This document shows, piece after piece, positions 35,996-49,370 of a stretch of DNA of 64,000 nt (within the stretch, counting starts at the first letter, position 1; each line of letters opens with the position of its first letter). Under the pieces are notes generated by a model. The model ran no database searches. It saw only the letters and a program-made list of their open reading frames with translations, and had not been told where the DNA came from. Source of the stretch: Setoptus koraiensis (taxonomy: Eukaryota > Animalia > Arthropoda); assembly GCA_048013815.1 (NCBI GenBank), contig CM106585.1:8308001-8372000 (forward strand), read 5' to 3'. Position numbers and translations under genes: made by a program.

Positions 35996-38900
35996 ATGGC
36001 ACCAGTTTTATTGTTGACAACTTTGTTATTTTGTTTTGTGGTGCTCTCTAATCAGGCAGGAAACATCAAGCTATTAGATGAAAACGATGAAGCAATTTTA
36101 GATAATGTTATTTTGCCTTATGATAGGTCATCGTCGAAACAAGTGGAGACATCATCACAGGACAATGATGACCAAAGCAAACAATATAACAATTATTACT
36201 ATGGTTACCGAAACGATGACCCACAACAACAGCAGCTACCCATTGAGAAACCCGAAACTCAGACGCCGCCACCTACAGATGATCAATATCTTATCGGCGT
36301 GGGTATAGCCGACATAACAGGTCCAGCGGCAGATATAAATCTCATGGGCTACGCAAAGCCGAATCAAGACGCTGGTGGCATTCATTTGCGACAATTTAGC
36401 CGCACAATTATCGTAGGCGATAACGAGGGCTCTCGTGTTGTATACATTAGCCTAGATAATGGAATGGTATCACAATTGTTGCGCATGCAAGTTCTGAAAC
36501 AATTAGCCAAGAAATACAACAACAAATTGTACAATGAGAACAATGTTATGATGTCGGCCTCTCATTCGCACTCATGCCCAGGCGGATTCTTTCAATATGT
36601 TCTCTATAACATACCGTCACAGGGTTTTATATCACAAACATTGGAGGCACTTGTTAGCGGCATTCTGCGGAGTGTTGATATTGCTCATAACAATATGAAA
36701 CTGGGACGAATGTCTTACATTCAGGGCAAACTAACCGGGGCAGGCATCAATCGAAGTCCCACCGCCTACGAAAATAATCCTCCATTGGAGAGGGCACAGT
36801 ATGATTGTGACACAGACAACGAAATGATTTTAATCAAGATGACAGATCTCAATGGCCTACCAATAGGCATGATAAATTGGTTTCCAGTGCATGGCACAAG
36901 TATGAATAATACAAATCATTTGATTAGTGGCGACAACAAAGGTTATGCGTCGATACTATTTGAGCAACAATACAACAATGGGGCTTTGCCAGGAAAAGGA
37001 CAGTTTGTGGCCATATTTGCTCAGGCCAACGAAGGAGATGTGTCACCAAATACTCGAGGTCCTCGTTGTATAGACACTGGTCTACCATGTGATAGTGCTC
37101 ACAGTACTTGTGGATCGCCACCAAGGGTAAGTGATAACTTAATATATTTATATATAAGCACAATATGACTAGATGATAGTAACATATTGAGTCATATAAG
37201 GTAGGGTATGGATATGACATGATTGAAATAGAAAAATACAAGAACATATACGCTGAAAAATTCGCTTCAGATTTGAGATCAAAAGAGAGTCCAGAAGTAG
37301 CTGAGTAAGCGCAATATCGATATACAAGATCGTATGAAGAAAAGAACTCCGTCTCCATTTTGAACACAGAATTTTATAGAAATAATCAAAATACTTAATA
37401 TATGCCATATATCAATCCAAATTCATCGCTAGATATACAAGCGCTCTAGATCTTTACATCAGCAAGCTAGACAAAACATTTATAGACAAGCGACAAACAT
37501 GAACCAGAGGCCGATCGCCAGAGGTGCCCCGCAATCTGTTTATACACCCACAAGTGAAAATAACAGGGGTTCCTTTAATCCGTTGTACAACAATGGTTTC
37601 TCAATTAATCCACTTCATTTTAGCCAATATCAACAGCAGTATGGAAATCAACAGCAAATCAGTGATTGGCAATCATATCCAGATGGAACTAGCAGCAAGG
37701 AACAGCACTGGTATCAGCGGGCAAACTCTTGGCCTGCGAGAATCCTACAGAGAGCAGGCCGATCTCCGTCTTTGTTTCTTTCATCAATGCTAAAAGCCAC
37801 CAGTAGATCCTCTCAAGCTCACGAATCAACAGTAGGTGCAACTTTACCCCACTGTGTCTCGGTCATCGCGATAAAGTCTTCCAGATTTGCCAACCAATGT
37901 TCCCAATCCCAACCAATCCGAAGCATGTCACTTACAGAAGCACATAGAAACTTCGAAAGAACCCATGCAACCCTTAGAAACCCCCACAAGCTCGAAAAAT
38001 CCTCAGAAACTCGTTCAATACCTCGCACCCAGCACGTTACATACCCGTCAACCACATATCCTTTGTGACCCCATAAACACTAACAGTAATCATCAATTTT
38101 TAATTACAAACTAACACTAACCTTTGAATTGTCTATCTACCCATATCACCATTCACTAAGAATGAGAAATGTATAGCCTCTGGACCAGGAAAAGACATGT
38201 TTGAAAGTACCAAAATTATCGCCTACAAACAATATTACAAAGCCAAAGAATTGTTTGATGACTCTAGTTCGCAGGTTAGAATACGCGGAAAGGTCAGATT
38301 CATTCATCAGCATATTGATATGAGCTCGCAAATTCTTGCCGTAGACTCAACAGGCAATGCGACACAAAGGACGTGCAAACCAGCTTTAGGGTATAGCTTC
38401 GCGGCGGGCACAACCGACGGACCCGGCGCTTTCGATTTTCAACAAGGCGACACTAACTCGAGTCCTTTCTGGAACATGGCCAGAGATTTCTTGAGGAAGC
38501 CCAGCGAGCAACAAGTGCAATGCCATCATCCCAAGCCCGTGTTATTCACAACAGGTGAAATGAATTTCCCCTATGCTTGGCATCCTGTTATTGTTCCAAC
38601 TCAAATTATTCAACTAGGCCAATTGGCAATAGTTGGTCTACCTGGTGAATTTACAACAATGTCAGGTCGTCGCATAAGAAACGCAGTATCATGTGCGTTC
38701 AACAATGACAATTCCGACCAGTGCCTACTAAACAGTCAGTTGGTTGTTGATGGAATCACCGGGGTAGCAGGCATGAATGACACCATGCCAACTGCATCTA
38801 GACTGTCTCCGCAAACAGCTCATGCCAACGATACAACCAAGGTCAAAGTTGTCTTATCAGGCCTCTCAAATATATACACATCTTATGTAACAACTTTTGA

Positions 38901-39534
38901 AGAGTATCAAGTGCAACGTTACGAGGGCGCGTCGACAATTTATGGTCCATACACTTTGCAGGCCTATTTGAATCAATTTGTCAAATTAGCGCAGCTGATT
39001 AAATTGGGCAAGCCCATCGATAATCCGGGCCCTGAGCCAGAGAATCTGCTAACGCAACAGATTGTCTTAAAGCCAGGAGTTATATTTGACAGTGCACCAT
39101 ATAAAAAACATTTTGGCGATGTTTTGGAGGATGTAAACACAAGCAAAATCTACAAATGCCAAGACGTTGTAAGAGCCTCGTTTGTTGCTGGGCACCCAAG
39201 AAATGACCTGAGACATGAGGGCACTTTTATGGTGGTGGAACGTTTTAATAATGACACAAAACGATTTGACACTATCGCCAGCGATTCTTCATGGGAGACG
39301 AAATTCATTTGGCAGCGAACAAATTCTTTTCTGGGCGAAAGTAAGGCAATATTAGAATGGGAAATACCTGTTGACTGTACTACTGGCCTGTATCGGTTGA
39401 AACATTTTGGCGCAAGCAAGAATCTAGTCCAACAAATAAAACAATACACAGGCCAATCGTCGGTTTTTCAAGTTGTGGCTGATCAAGATCAAATTATCGG
39501 CGTGCAGCAACAAGTTTCCATGCAAACAGCTTAG
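35996..39534 (+). CDS. ASAH2: Neutral ceramidase; join(35996..37126,38161..39534), intron 37127..38160, about 834 aa
   Basis: Signal peptide; YLIGVGIADITGP, GIHLRQFSR, SHSHSCPGG, WFPVHGTSMNNTNHLISGDNKG, catalytic ANEGDVSPN, AAGTTDGPG and PGEFTTMSGRR. AGG|GTAAGT to CTAAG|AAT joins STCGSPPR-NEKCIASGPGKDMFES in frame. Confidence 0.96.
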
Positions 39535-39902
39535 ACAATAACAAATTTTCCTAGTCTCAAAGTGTTGTCACCAATACTGTTAGAATTTTTGTTAAAAACA
39601 ATGAGTAAAACCTACCCGAGTGAACCTAACACTTTTGTTGATTAATGTACCGTGACAAGATGTAACCGCTTCAATCCTCCGGTCTAATACAATCGCTCTT
39701 CTGTTCCTGACACTGATTACAACATTGTTTTGTTCTTTTTTATCTCGGCTTCTTCCTGGGGACACAAACACGCCTCTCGCTCTCCCTTGGAAAATGCCTA
39801 GAATATTCGAGATATGCAGCAGCTCTAAAAATAAATCAGGGTAGCAATCCCACTAGATAAGGGATACTCTCACGGAAGACATCTATTTTGGCAAGCATGA
39901 AT

Positions 39903-40395
39903 CCTTGAGAACACTTCGAAAAATGAAGAGGTGATCTCAGGGTAATGAAGAACTGAGTAATGTTTGGTGGTGGAATATGGATGGTAGTTGACGTGGGGTG
40001 CTTTATTATTGGAGAAACTGTTAGAACTTGTTACGATAAACGGCGTATTCGGCCGGCATGAATTCCTGAGAACACCTGAAATGAAGAGGTGATCTCAGGG
40101 TAATGAAGAACTGAGTAATGTTTGGTGGTGGGGTGTGGATTTTAGTTGGCTTTAGGTGCTTTATTATTGGTTATTATCGGTTGGTCTATCATTAGAGAAA
40201 CTGCTGGATAGGTTACAAGAAACGGCTGCATGCCTCACAAAAAAAAAACGATTTGGCACGCGTGATTCCCTGAGAACACTTCAGAAAATGAAGAAATGGT
40301 CTCATTATCAGAGCATTGATTAGAAAAGGATAAATTGGATATCGGATGTGTGGTGCAAACCCAAGTTTAGTTGGTTTGAGGTGCTTTATTATTGA
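39903..40395. repeat. Diverged tandem triplication (units start at 39903, 40065 and 40269)
   Basis: Each unit starts CC(T)TGAGAACAC and contains GGTGCTTTATTATTG. A 53-bp block is identical between units 1 and 2 (39921-39973 and 40079-40131). Confidence 0.85.
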
Positions 40396-40601
40396 TTGCT
40401 TATGGCGCTCTGCGCACACAATCAATTATCAACAGTAACAATAACTATAACTGTAACAATAACATTTGATTCGCTTTGCTTTACTCTGCTTCTTGCTTTT
40501 TTCTTGTCAAGCCCGTTATTTGAGAAAGGCAACATCAATCATCTCATCTGTGATAATATTAATAATAATATAATAATAATATAGGGTGTACTGTGTAGAA
40601 A

Positions 40602-43600
40602 TCAATTGATTATATCGCATTGAATGCCAATCTCTTTGACTACTGCCACTTCCTGTTTGTCTTGGCCAATCTGGTGGCACGAACAATGACAACAAGACTG
40701 ACTGTCCGATGCGTTGTCCATCGAATCCAAAATGTTGTCGGTTGATTCAATTATTGTGTCCTTCAACATGTCAAACATTGAGCTATCTATGAGATTGGTC
40801 ATGGGCTCATCGTCGAAGTCATTATCTTGATCGTCATCTAAACCGTTATTACTGTCGTCGTTTTCGTTGTTTGACAAATGCTCATCATTGTTTACTATCG
40901 ATACACTATTTAAATCACTATCGTTATTATTATTATTGTTGTTTGCATGATAGTCGCCAGATAATTGAGACACGCTGCTACTTCCGTTATATTCAATGCT
41001 GGTGTCGTTGTTATTGGTAGACAATTCAAGTGACATTGCTGCTACTGCGGCGGCCTTCTGATCCAAACGTTCCAATTTTTTAGCCACTTTTCTGCATTGT
41101 TGAATGCGAGATCTAACTTCATCCGTGAGCTCAACGTGCCTTAACAATCTAATCTCTCTATTACTTAAAACAATTGAGCTACTTGTTTCGCTGTACAGTT
41201 TTCTCTTTAGATCTATCACCTCTAAATCAATCTTTCTTTCTTTTTTCAGATTCTTAATCTCGTCTGGCTTTATCATCGCCAGAATACCCTCTTGGTTCAA
41301 TTGTGTGAATAGAGGCAAATATTCTGGCTTTATTTTGTCGCGCAAACTCTGATAAACACCGCCAATAAGACAGTAGACATCGACAGTTGATTCATATATC
41401 ATGGACTCTGTCATTGGTCTGATGCACCAATACTTAACATCGCGACTTCTAGAAGATTTCGATGATGTTGTGGCCGACGAGGACGACAAACCATTGTGGC
41501 GACTCTTCAATTTAACCAAATTTCTGTATTTAGCCAATGTTGCGTCCCCATAAATTTCACACAATTTACTAGCTGATATGTAGCGCGATTTATATGCCGG
41601 CTTGCCGGTTTCTTGTTGTTGAATGACTAAATTGGCTACTTGTGTATCAAATACACGCCTCAACATAATCTCAGATTGTCTATATAAAGCGTTGCTTTTG
41701 TTTCTAACATCATGCACCACCTTGATTATTTTCTCACTTTCTAGTAAAGGTTTGAGACATTGCGCCAGTTCGGGATTGGTCACCAGATCAAATATACAAA
41801 CTTCCGGTGTTGTTCTCATCTGCTGTTGTTGACCAGCTATGGCTGACGGCGATTTTCCGCCGTCTAGCGGATGATGAAGGAAGCCCAATTGTATGAGTGT
41901 TATCTGACCATTTGAGCCCAAATTGAAGCCTTTACAATCGAAGGCAACAGTATCGGTTGAGGCCATTATGCGATCCACCACTTGCGAGGCATCTCGTACG
42001 ACGCTAACAGTGCGCGTCTTTAGATCTCGCTGTTGACTTGCGCTCAATCTGGCCGACGAGTGATTTAATTTAGTCAATTGGGCATTGTTGTTGTCGACAG
42101 AGGCCTGCAATAGATAAGATCTGACTGCCACTCTGGGGTCAATAGATCGACGTTCTTTAACGGTGTTTAGAGCTGTTGTCGCGCCGTTATGTCTTGCGGA
42201 TTTCTGATACGGCAGAGATTGGTTGCTTCCGTAGGCCGCCGAGTGGCTACTAGCCGAGTCCGAGTGATCCGACTCCTGATTCATATTGTAGCTACTTGAT
42301 CGTGTCAATGATTTCGTTTGTTTTGGTGCTGCTGTTGTCAAATCGCCGGAAGTTGAACCAGGCGTAGCTTGGTTGCTGGACAACGGACTCGATACCGACT
42401 TGAGAGAGGCCGGAATAAACGGGGGCGCCGAGGCTCTTAAAGTGCTGCTAGTTGTGGGCGACACACCATCAGTGGATGGAGAAATGGTACCGGCAATCAC
42501 TGGCTGACTATTGTCGGCTGTTGATGACTGTCCACTTGTTTTATCCAGCCTCAACTCTGGCCTGACAGCTGCCTGATTGCTACAATCGACCGTCAGGGGT
42601 CCACCACTAGCACCATCGTTGAGGTCTTCGTCCGGCAACAACGACGAACTGATTGAGTTGAAATTTGACACAGACTGACCAGTGACGGAGTGGCTATCGT
42701 CGTCGCCATTGGACGACACAATTGATTTTGAGCTATTGTTACATTGGCTACTATTGCAGTCGTTCAACGACAATGTGTCCAAACGTCGGTGTTGTTGTTG
42801 CTGATGTTGTTGTCTATTTTTATTGTCGAAAAGAGGTAGACTAGATTCTTGATAGGATAATGAGCCCAGATTGCTGCTCTCATTGGTGTTTGATCGGCGT
42901 AGTTGTTGCTGGTGTTGTCTAGCACGTTGCGACAACAATTCCATTTCTCTTCTTTCGTCCTCTTGAACTAATGACACATATTCTGTGTCTGATATTGTAC
43001 AACGTTTAAATATTTTAGGATGCATACGTAGGAATACTCTAAGATCGTCTCGAGTTCTGGTCATTTTTAAAAATAATTCATTATCTGACTCGGTTTTAAT
43101 ACATTCATGTAGGTCGTCCACGCTAACAGGATGCTCGGTGTCGCTACCGGACTCATCGTCCTCATTATCTGTATAGTTGTTGTTGTTGTTAATGGTGTTG
43201 TTGTTGATGTTGTTGCTGTCGTTTTGTTTGTTAGGAATTATCTTGCTAGTAGTAGTTTTGTGAGGAAAGGCCAATTTTCGGACGCATTGCTCCACTAATG
43301 AGGCGAACTGTTTAGTTAGATAAGGGTCAATCACATCGTCTTCTGGCACTTTCTCAATGGCGGCCTTGGATTTTCCGCTCGATTCAACCTCGTCTATGAC
43401 ACTCTTTAAAACAACGTGATCTTCATATATAACAAAAACGTCTTCATTTTCGCTTAGAAACTGTTTAAATTCTTTTGAATTCTGGCCAGAAACGTGCCTC
43501 ACTTCTTGGCTGGCCTGAGATCTATAACCGAATAGATTTTTGATTGGCACCAATGCTGTGCCATATTGCACTAGTTTCTTTTTGAAATAATCAACCGCTT

Positions 43601-44213
43601 CTTGTGTATAGTCTCTAGCGGCAGGATTGCTTTCGCCTCTGATCTGTGTCAGGTACACCTTGTCGCCCTCAACGGTAAACAATGACGGATAGGCGGATAG
43701 GAAATTCTTGAGGCCCGTGCGACTGGCGCCCACTATTTGGCGCATTTCGCGTGTAAATCCCTTGGTGCCGAACAGGCAAGACAGGTCGTGCAGAGAGCGC
43801 GGCTCTTTGCCATCCTATCATGTGTCGATTTGATTAAACAATTGTATAATTGCATAATTACATGGTTATATAATTACATAGTTATGTGATTACATGATGA
43901 TATAATTATTTGAGGGCGAGCAAAAGCAAACGATGGAAACATGTTAGCAAAACAAAATAAAACAAACGAGATGCAATGCGAGAAGAGTCGCTATAACCGA
44001 GCTCACCTTGGACGTTGTGAAAAGCCTGTCGAGGAAGAACATCAATGTGACATTTCTAATGTGGTCATAGTCCGAGCTTATGTTAGATCGGCCATTGGTG
44101 TTGCTAGTTGAGTTTGTTGTGCTGGAGATCGATGTTATACTAGTGTTGTTGGTTGCATTTTCGTTGCCCAATGATGGCATGTTTGGCATTGATGAATCCA
44201 TCATCAGATTCAT
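40602..44213 (-). CDS. egl: Egalitarian-like RNA-binding dynein adaptor (LOTUS-type N-terminus, 3'-5' exonuclease-like domain); complement(join(40602..43814,44007..44213)), about 1,139 aa
   Basis: RNVTLMFFLDRL|DGKEPRSLHDLSCLFGTKGFTREMRQIVGASRTGLKNFL matches the Egl N-terminus after splicing AAG|GTGAGC to ATAG|GAT. Also VPIKNLFGYRSQAS, the exonuclease-like block (FDCKGFNLG, VFDTQVA) and SIVLSNREIRLLRHVELT. Confidence 0.93.
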
Positions 44214-47200
44214 GAGATCCTAAGATAGCTAGCTACAGCGATAAAAAAGGATTAACGCTCTCTTGTGTGTCTCTTTGTGTTATATAATATGGTTGTATTA
44301 TAGTAATAATATTACAATTATACTATAATTAGTAGTAGTGATAGTGGTTGCGTATGGCACTCGTATACAAACACACCGGATCAGGCTAACAAAACCTCGT
44401 GATTATTGTATGGACATTTCTATTCTATATATGCATCATTTAACGAGTTTGTATGATAGTCGTATAGTTGTTGTGTGTGTTTGTATGTTGTTGTTGTTGT
44501 AAATAAAGGATGGCACCTGTTGCTAGTTAGTTGTGTTTGTTAATCTGACATTAGTTACAGTGACAGATATATTTGCTGTTATTAACATATCGCTATAGTG
44601 TCTCCATAGTTTTTTATGCCGAAATCAGATGGATATGGTTTCAAATTCACTCAATAAAATGGGTTAATTGCATGTGCTAGAGAAATGTTTGGCCTCTGAT
44701 TGGACATTTTCATACTCTGTTGTAGTATATTTTGAATTAATTTGGTGCCATTTGCTTGGTTGTTTGCAATTGTTGTTCCGTATTATAACCGACAATAATG
44801 GCGTATGATCGATAGTGGATAATAACGATGAATGCAAGGCTCACTGCGACGCCAATTGAATCCGTCAGCACGTCTCCATTTTGTGTTAGTGTTCGCTTTG
44901 TTGCTATGTATTGGTTGCTTGTTGTTTTCGATTTATTAAAAATAGTTCAAATACGTTGACGCGTCCAACTAGATGTAGCTATATTGTGTCGTCTGACGAA
45001 GGTTTTCGTCTATCACCTGTTGCATGAGAGCTGTCGCCGAAACTAATTCGTTGGTAGTGTGTTGCTTGTGTCTATTTTCGCTGATATTGGGCTGGTTTTG
45101 ACTCATCGATAACACGCTGACGGTGATTAGCAACAGAGTGAATTCATTACATTTGTTGTCGTACGTTTTGATCATCAACTGCTCGCTAGCTGGCTGAATA
45201 AGCTGACTAACCTGAAGCAACGTCTAACAACAAATTCCAGCCAACTGTTTAACTGATTCGTTTACCTTACTAACTGACTCGCCAACTTGTTGACTTGTCG
45301 ACTAATCAAGCGAGCTAGTTGGATTAAAGTGTGCGATAGTTGTGTTGCTGTCGATGTTTTTGTGTTTGCAAATCTCAGCGCGAGCTAGTTTGACTTTGAA
45401 ACGTCAATGTCGCACTGACGTTTATCCCTCTGTTTTGCAATCTCTTTATGTCTTTCTCTTCTTTTTGATTGGATTCAATTGACTTTTATAATACTAATAT
45501 GTGTACGATGTTTCGAAGCTACTTATAAACTTGAGCCAGCAACGTGTGCAGTCTGTCGAAGTTTACACACAAGTCGCATAGATGATGGGATATGTATTCA
45601 ATTTCAAGACAAATTGAATTGTAATTGTGTGTGTATGTATAAAATGTATAATAGTAATATAATGTTGTTGCTTGTCTAAACGGAGCCTGTTAGTGGGTTG
45701 CCTGTAAGCTGTTTATAAGTTTGTTAGACAGTGGCGTCGATAATAAACGTTAATAGGCAGCGAAAAAGCAACTGTTTGTGTGTACCTAAATCATCATGGT
45801 GAATTGATGTTGTTTATCCTCTCATCGGGGTTTCTTCAATGATACTCGTTTCAATATCTTGTCTTGTTGTGAGCACTCGTTCAATGGTGTGCAATAGCAC
45901 CTCGAGACTAGACCTATGGCTAGCCAGTTATCGGCGGGCACGTGCTGCTTGCTGGTGCCGCTGTTGCTGTTGCACGGTTTCAAGGTTGTTTTAAAATTGT
46001 TGCTGTTCTCTTTGTGGAGTTCTTTTCAGTTGGTACCGTTCGAAAATCACTTTCGAAGTGGCACAGCTGACTGTTGTGACAAGAAGCGAATATTGTGATG
46101 ATGAGATATATGTGTTCGCTTCACAACACAGCACAACTTTGATCATTTAATCACTATTTCCTTTGAGTGACTTTGGTGAGCGTCTCAGTTGATGAACTAA
46201 AACCACAGTGTCGACTGGCTAGCTTATTCTTGTGGTTGCAGTTGATGTTGTTACTAATAACTGGCTGGCTTGTTGGCGCTTGTTGTTTAGCATCTGTCAG
46301 CCGTCAGACTGGTCATGGGTAGTGATTTTAATTTTGATTTTCATTATGAACGTATATCGTTGTCGCTTAGAAGCATGGTACCAATAATAACATCATCTTT
46401 TGTGCCATACACTATTGCTGCTAAAGGTTGCTACATAAGCTCGACGATGGTGTTGCCTTTGAATAGATTGCATTGGTTGCTTCAATTTGGTACGAATTCA
46501 ATTCAATACCATATCTGTCTTGCTGCTTTTACTTGTAAATGCCAAATGTTTTTCGCTGGCTGGCTGGCTCGCTCGCTTGCTGGCTGGCTGGCTGGCTCGC
46601 CGACTGACTGACTGGCTTGCTGGCTTGCTGGCTCGCTGGCTGGCTTGCTGCTCTGCGTCGAGTGGTCTCGACACACGAAACAAGGTATACGCTCACACAC
46701 ACTCGCAAATTGCAAATGGCGCTAAATGGTAGTGGTGGTGGTAGTGCTATAACAACAGCAACAGCAACGGCAACAACAACGGCAACAACTAATCAACCAA
46801 CTTTTATACAACAGGCTTAATATTCAACTTGTTGATGTTTCTGTTTTTGCTCAATCACATAAATTTCTGATAAATTTCACAAACTAAATATATTTATGTG
46901 CAAATACATACACTCGCTAGCTGCACATCTCGACAACTGTGGCGACTATGGAAACTTTCAACTAACAGCGAATGCTGCTGCTCCACTACTGGCCGCTTAG
47001 TTACCTGTGGCTGTCAGTGTGGCGCGGCTTGCCAGGCTTGCCGACAACAGGTGCTTGTAGTATTAATATATTTAGTTTATATGTATACATATATGAATAT
47101 GTTTGAGTGTTTGTGTATGTTTGGGGCACTAATGGCCACGATATTGCACTAGTTGCGCAACCAGCGCAGGGTTATCGACGTCGATGATGATGATTACGCA

Positions 47201-49261
47201 GAGAGAACAAGTTCAAGTTGACTAATGTTCGGCTCTCGGACTCTTCGGCTCTTGGACTCTTCGACTGGCTCTTGGACTCTTCGACTGGCTCTTCAACTGG
47301 CTAGACGGCCGGCCATTCAGTTGCAGTTGGAGCGGTTCATTTAAAGCGGCGATATCTCGACGCAACGATGCCAACATGAGCAACTAGACCAGCACTAGTG
47401 ACAGTCCACTGGCTCTCAACTGGTGATGCAGTTGCTGCTGTTGCAAAGTTGAGATATTAATAACGTATAATAACGTATCTCAAATTTTAATCTTGGATGC
47501 TGCAACAGAAGAAGAAGATGCTGCGATTAATACATAGATGATGAATGATATTGGCTAACTAACAGGTTTAATAATCATAATAATAATCATAATTTATATA
47601 GTATCAAGGGTATCAATTTTTGAATTGGATAACTTGATAAAATGGCCATCATGATGAGTGGTGGCTGCTGCAAGTTTGCCGCGCTGTGACGCCGCTTGCA
47701 CTAACTGGTTGCAAGTGACCACTGGCAACAATTATTACAATTATTACTATTAACATTGCTAATAATACGCTCATGTCACATTGATACGACAGGCAGCCTA
47801 ATTCACCTTGATGAATGGTCCGGCTGCTTGTTGCCGGTGTGGCGGGCACAATTTGTGACACACACACACACACAAATTGAACTGGACACAAATTGAGCTG
47901 GACACGAGGGCACAGACGAGTAGATGAGGCCAAGTGAACAGTGACTCAAATTGTTGAGCTATCTGAAATTGAACTGACAGCGTTCGTGTAACGTGACACG
48001 ACCGGCACGTAGGATGTGCCGAGAAAAACCCGCTGACAAAAACCCGCTTGTGGGCATCACACTGTCGAGCTGTCGGCTAACTAATGCACTGCTGAATAAC
48101 GTGATATTTGCTAACATGGTAAAATTGCTAACATGATAAAACTGTCAATAAGATAAATTTGCTAATATGTCGAATTATGACGCTAATGTGATAACTCTGC
48201 TAATAGGATAAAATTTGCTGATGGGATAAAATCTGCTGATGGGATAAAGATTGATACTGTTCGCCAGCGTGACGAGATGCACTCACCTTGGGGCTCGTCT
48301 GCCCGGGTTCCTCGTGGGTAAATCGGGCGATACAATGCGCGTAATAACGAATAATTCAGTAATAATAATAATTAATTGCCTTGCAGGGATCGGATTTGGG
48401 ATGCGTTCGGCGTTCGGCGTTCGGCGCTTGTCGTTCGGTTGGGGCCCCGGCGTCGTAAGTGTGATATTATAAATGTGAGAGCGTGTATTTAAGCGGGCTC
48501 CTTGACACCAATGGTGGCATGTTGGCGATACAATCTATAAATAAATAAGTCTATTTTTGTCGATGCGTGGTTGCCGTTGGAAAGGGGCAATTGTTTTAAA
48601 ATTGAAAAGTCGGCCACCCGACGACGTGTATCGGCCGGCGTGTGCAAAGTGTGAAATGTCGTTTGCACAAGTAACAATTGGGCGCCAACGACGCACGCCA
48701 GCAGCAGCAGCAATAACAATAAACAACAACGGCGACAATCGCTCGTTGTGACTCTTTCTGGCTCGCTCTTTGTGACTCGCAGGTTGTGACTCACAACTCA
48801 CAACTCACAACTAGTGACACACTCTGTCAGAGGCACGCAGATGAGACGACGGAAAGGGGTGCTTTGTCTCGCTTTGTCAGTTGCAATTGCATTTGTATTG
48901 CATCTATATTTTATGCGAGCGTTTCACCAACTGCCAGTACACGATCAATGTTGATACTTTTACTGTAAACTTTATCTGCAGACTGCAGCCAGAATATGGC
49001 TGCCAGATACACACTCTGGCAGCCATATCGAGTGCAGTTGATATCTGCAGATATCAACAGTTATCTGCGGCAGTTGCATGCTTTGTGTGGGTCGGTGTCA
49101 TACGGGGTCTGCATTACAGAGTCTGTGCTGCAGAGTCCGCATCGACAGACTGCATGTCGGACGGCGTGCGGCTCGTCGACGGGGATACAAAATGCATGTA
49201 AAATGGGGTCGTAAATGCGATACAAAAGCCGGCCCAGAGCGCGCCAGCCACAGCGATGCCA

Positions 49262-49370
49262 GAGACGCAAAGGCGACGCAAAAGCGACGCAAAAGCGACG
49301 AAAAGGCGACGAAAAGGCGACCCAAAAGCGATGCAAATGCGATATAAATGTGATGCAAACGGGATATAAT
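49262..49370. repeat. 11-bp minisatellite (AAAAGCGACGC-like), about 9 diverging copies
   Basis: GCGAC/GCGAT recurs at 11-nt spacing (49273, 49284, 49295, 49306, 49317, 49328, 49339). Confidence 0.85.
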
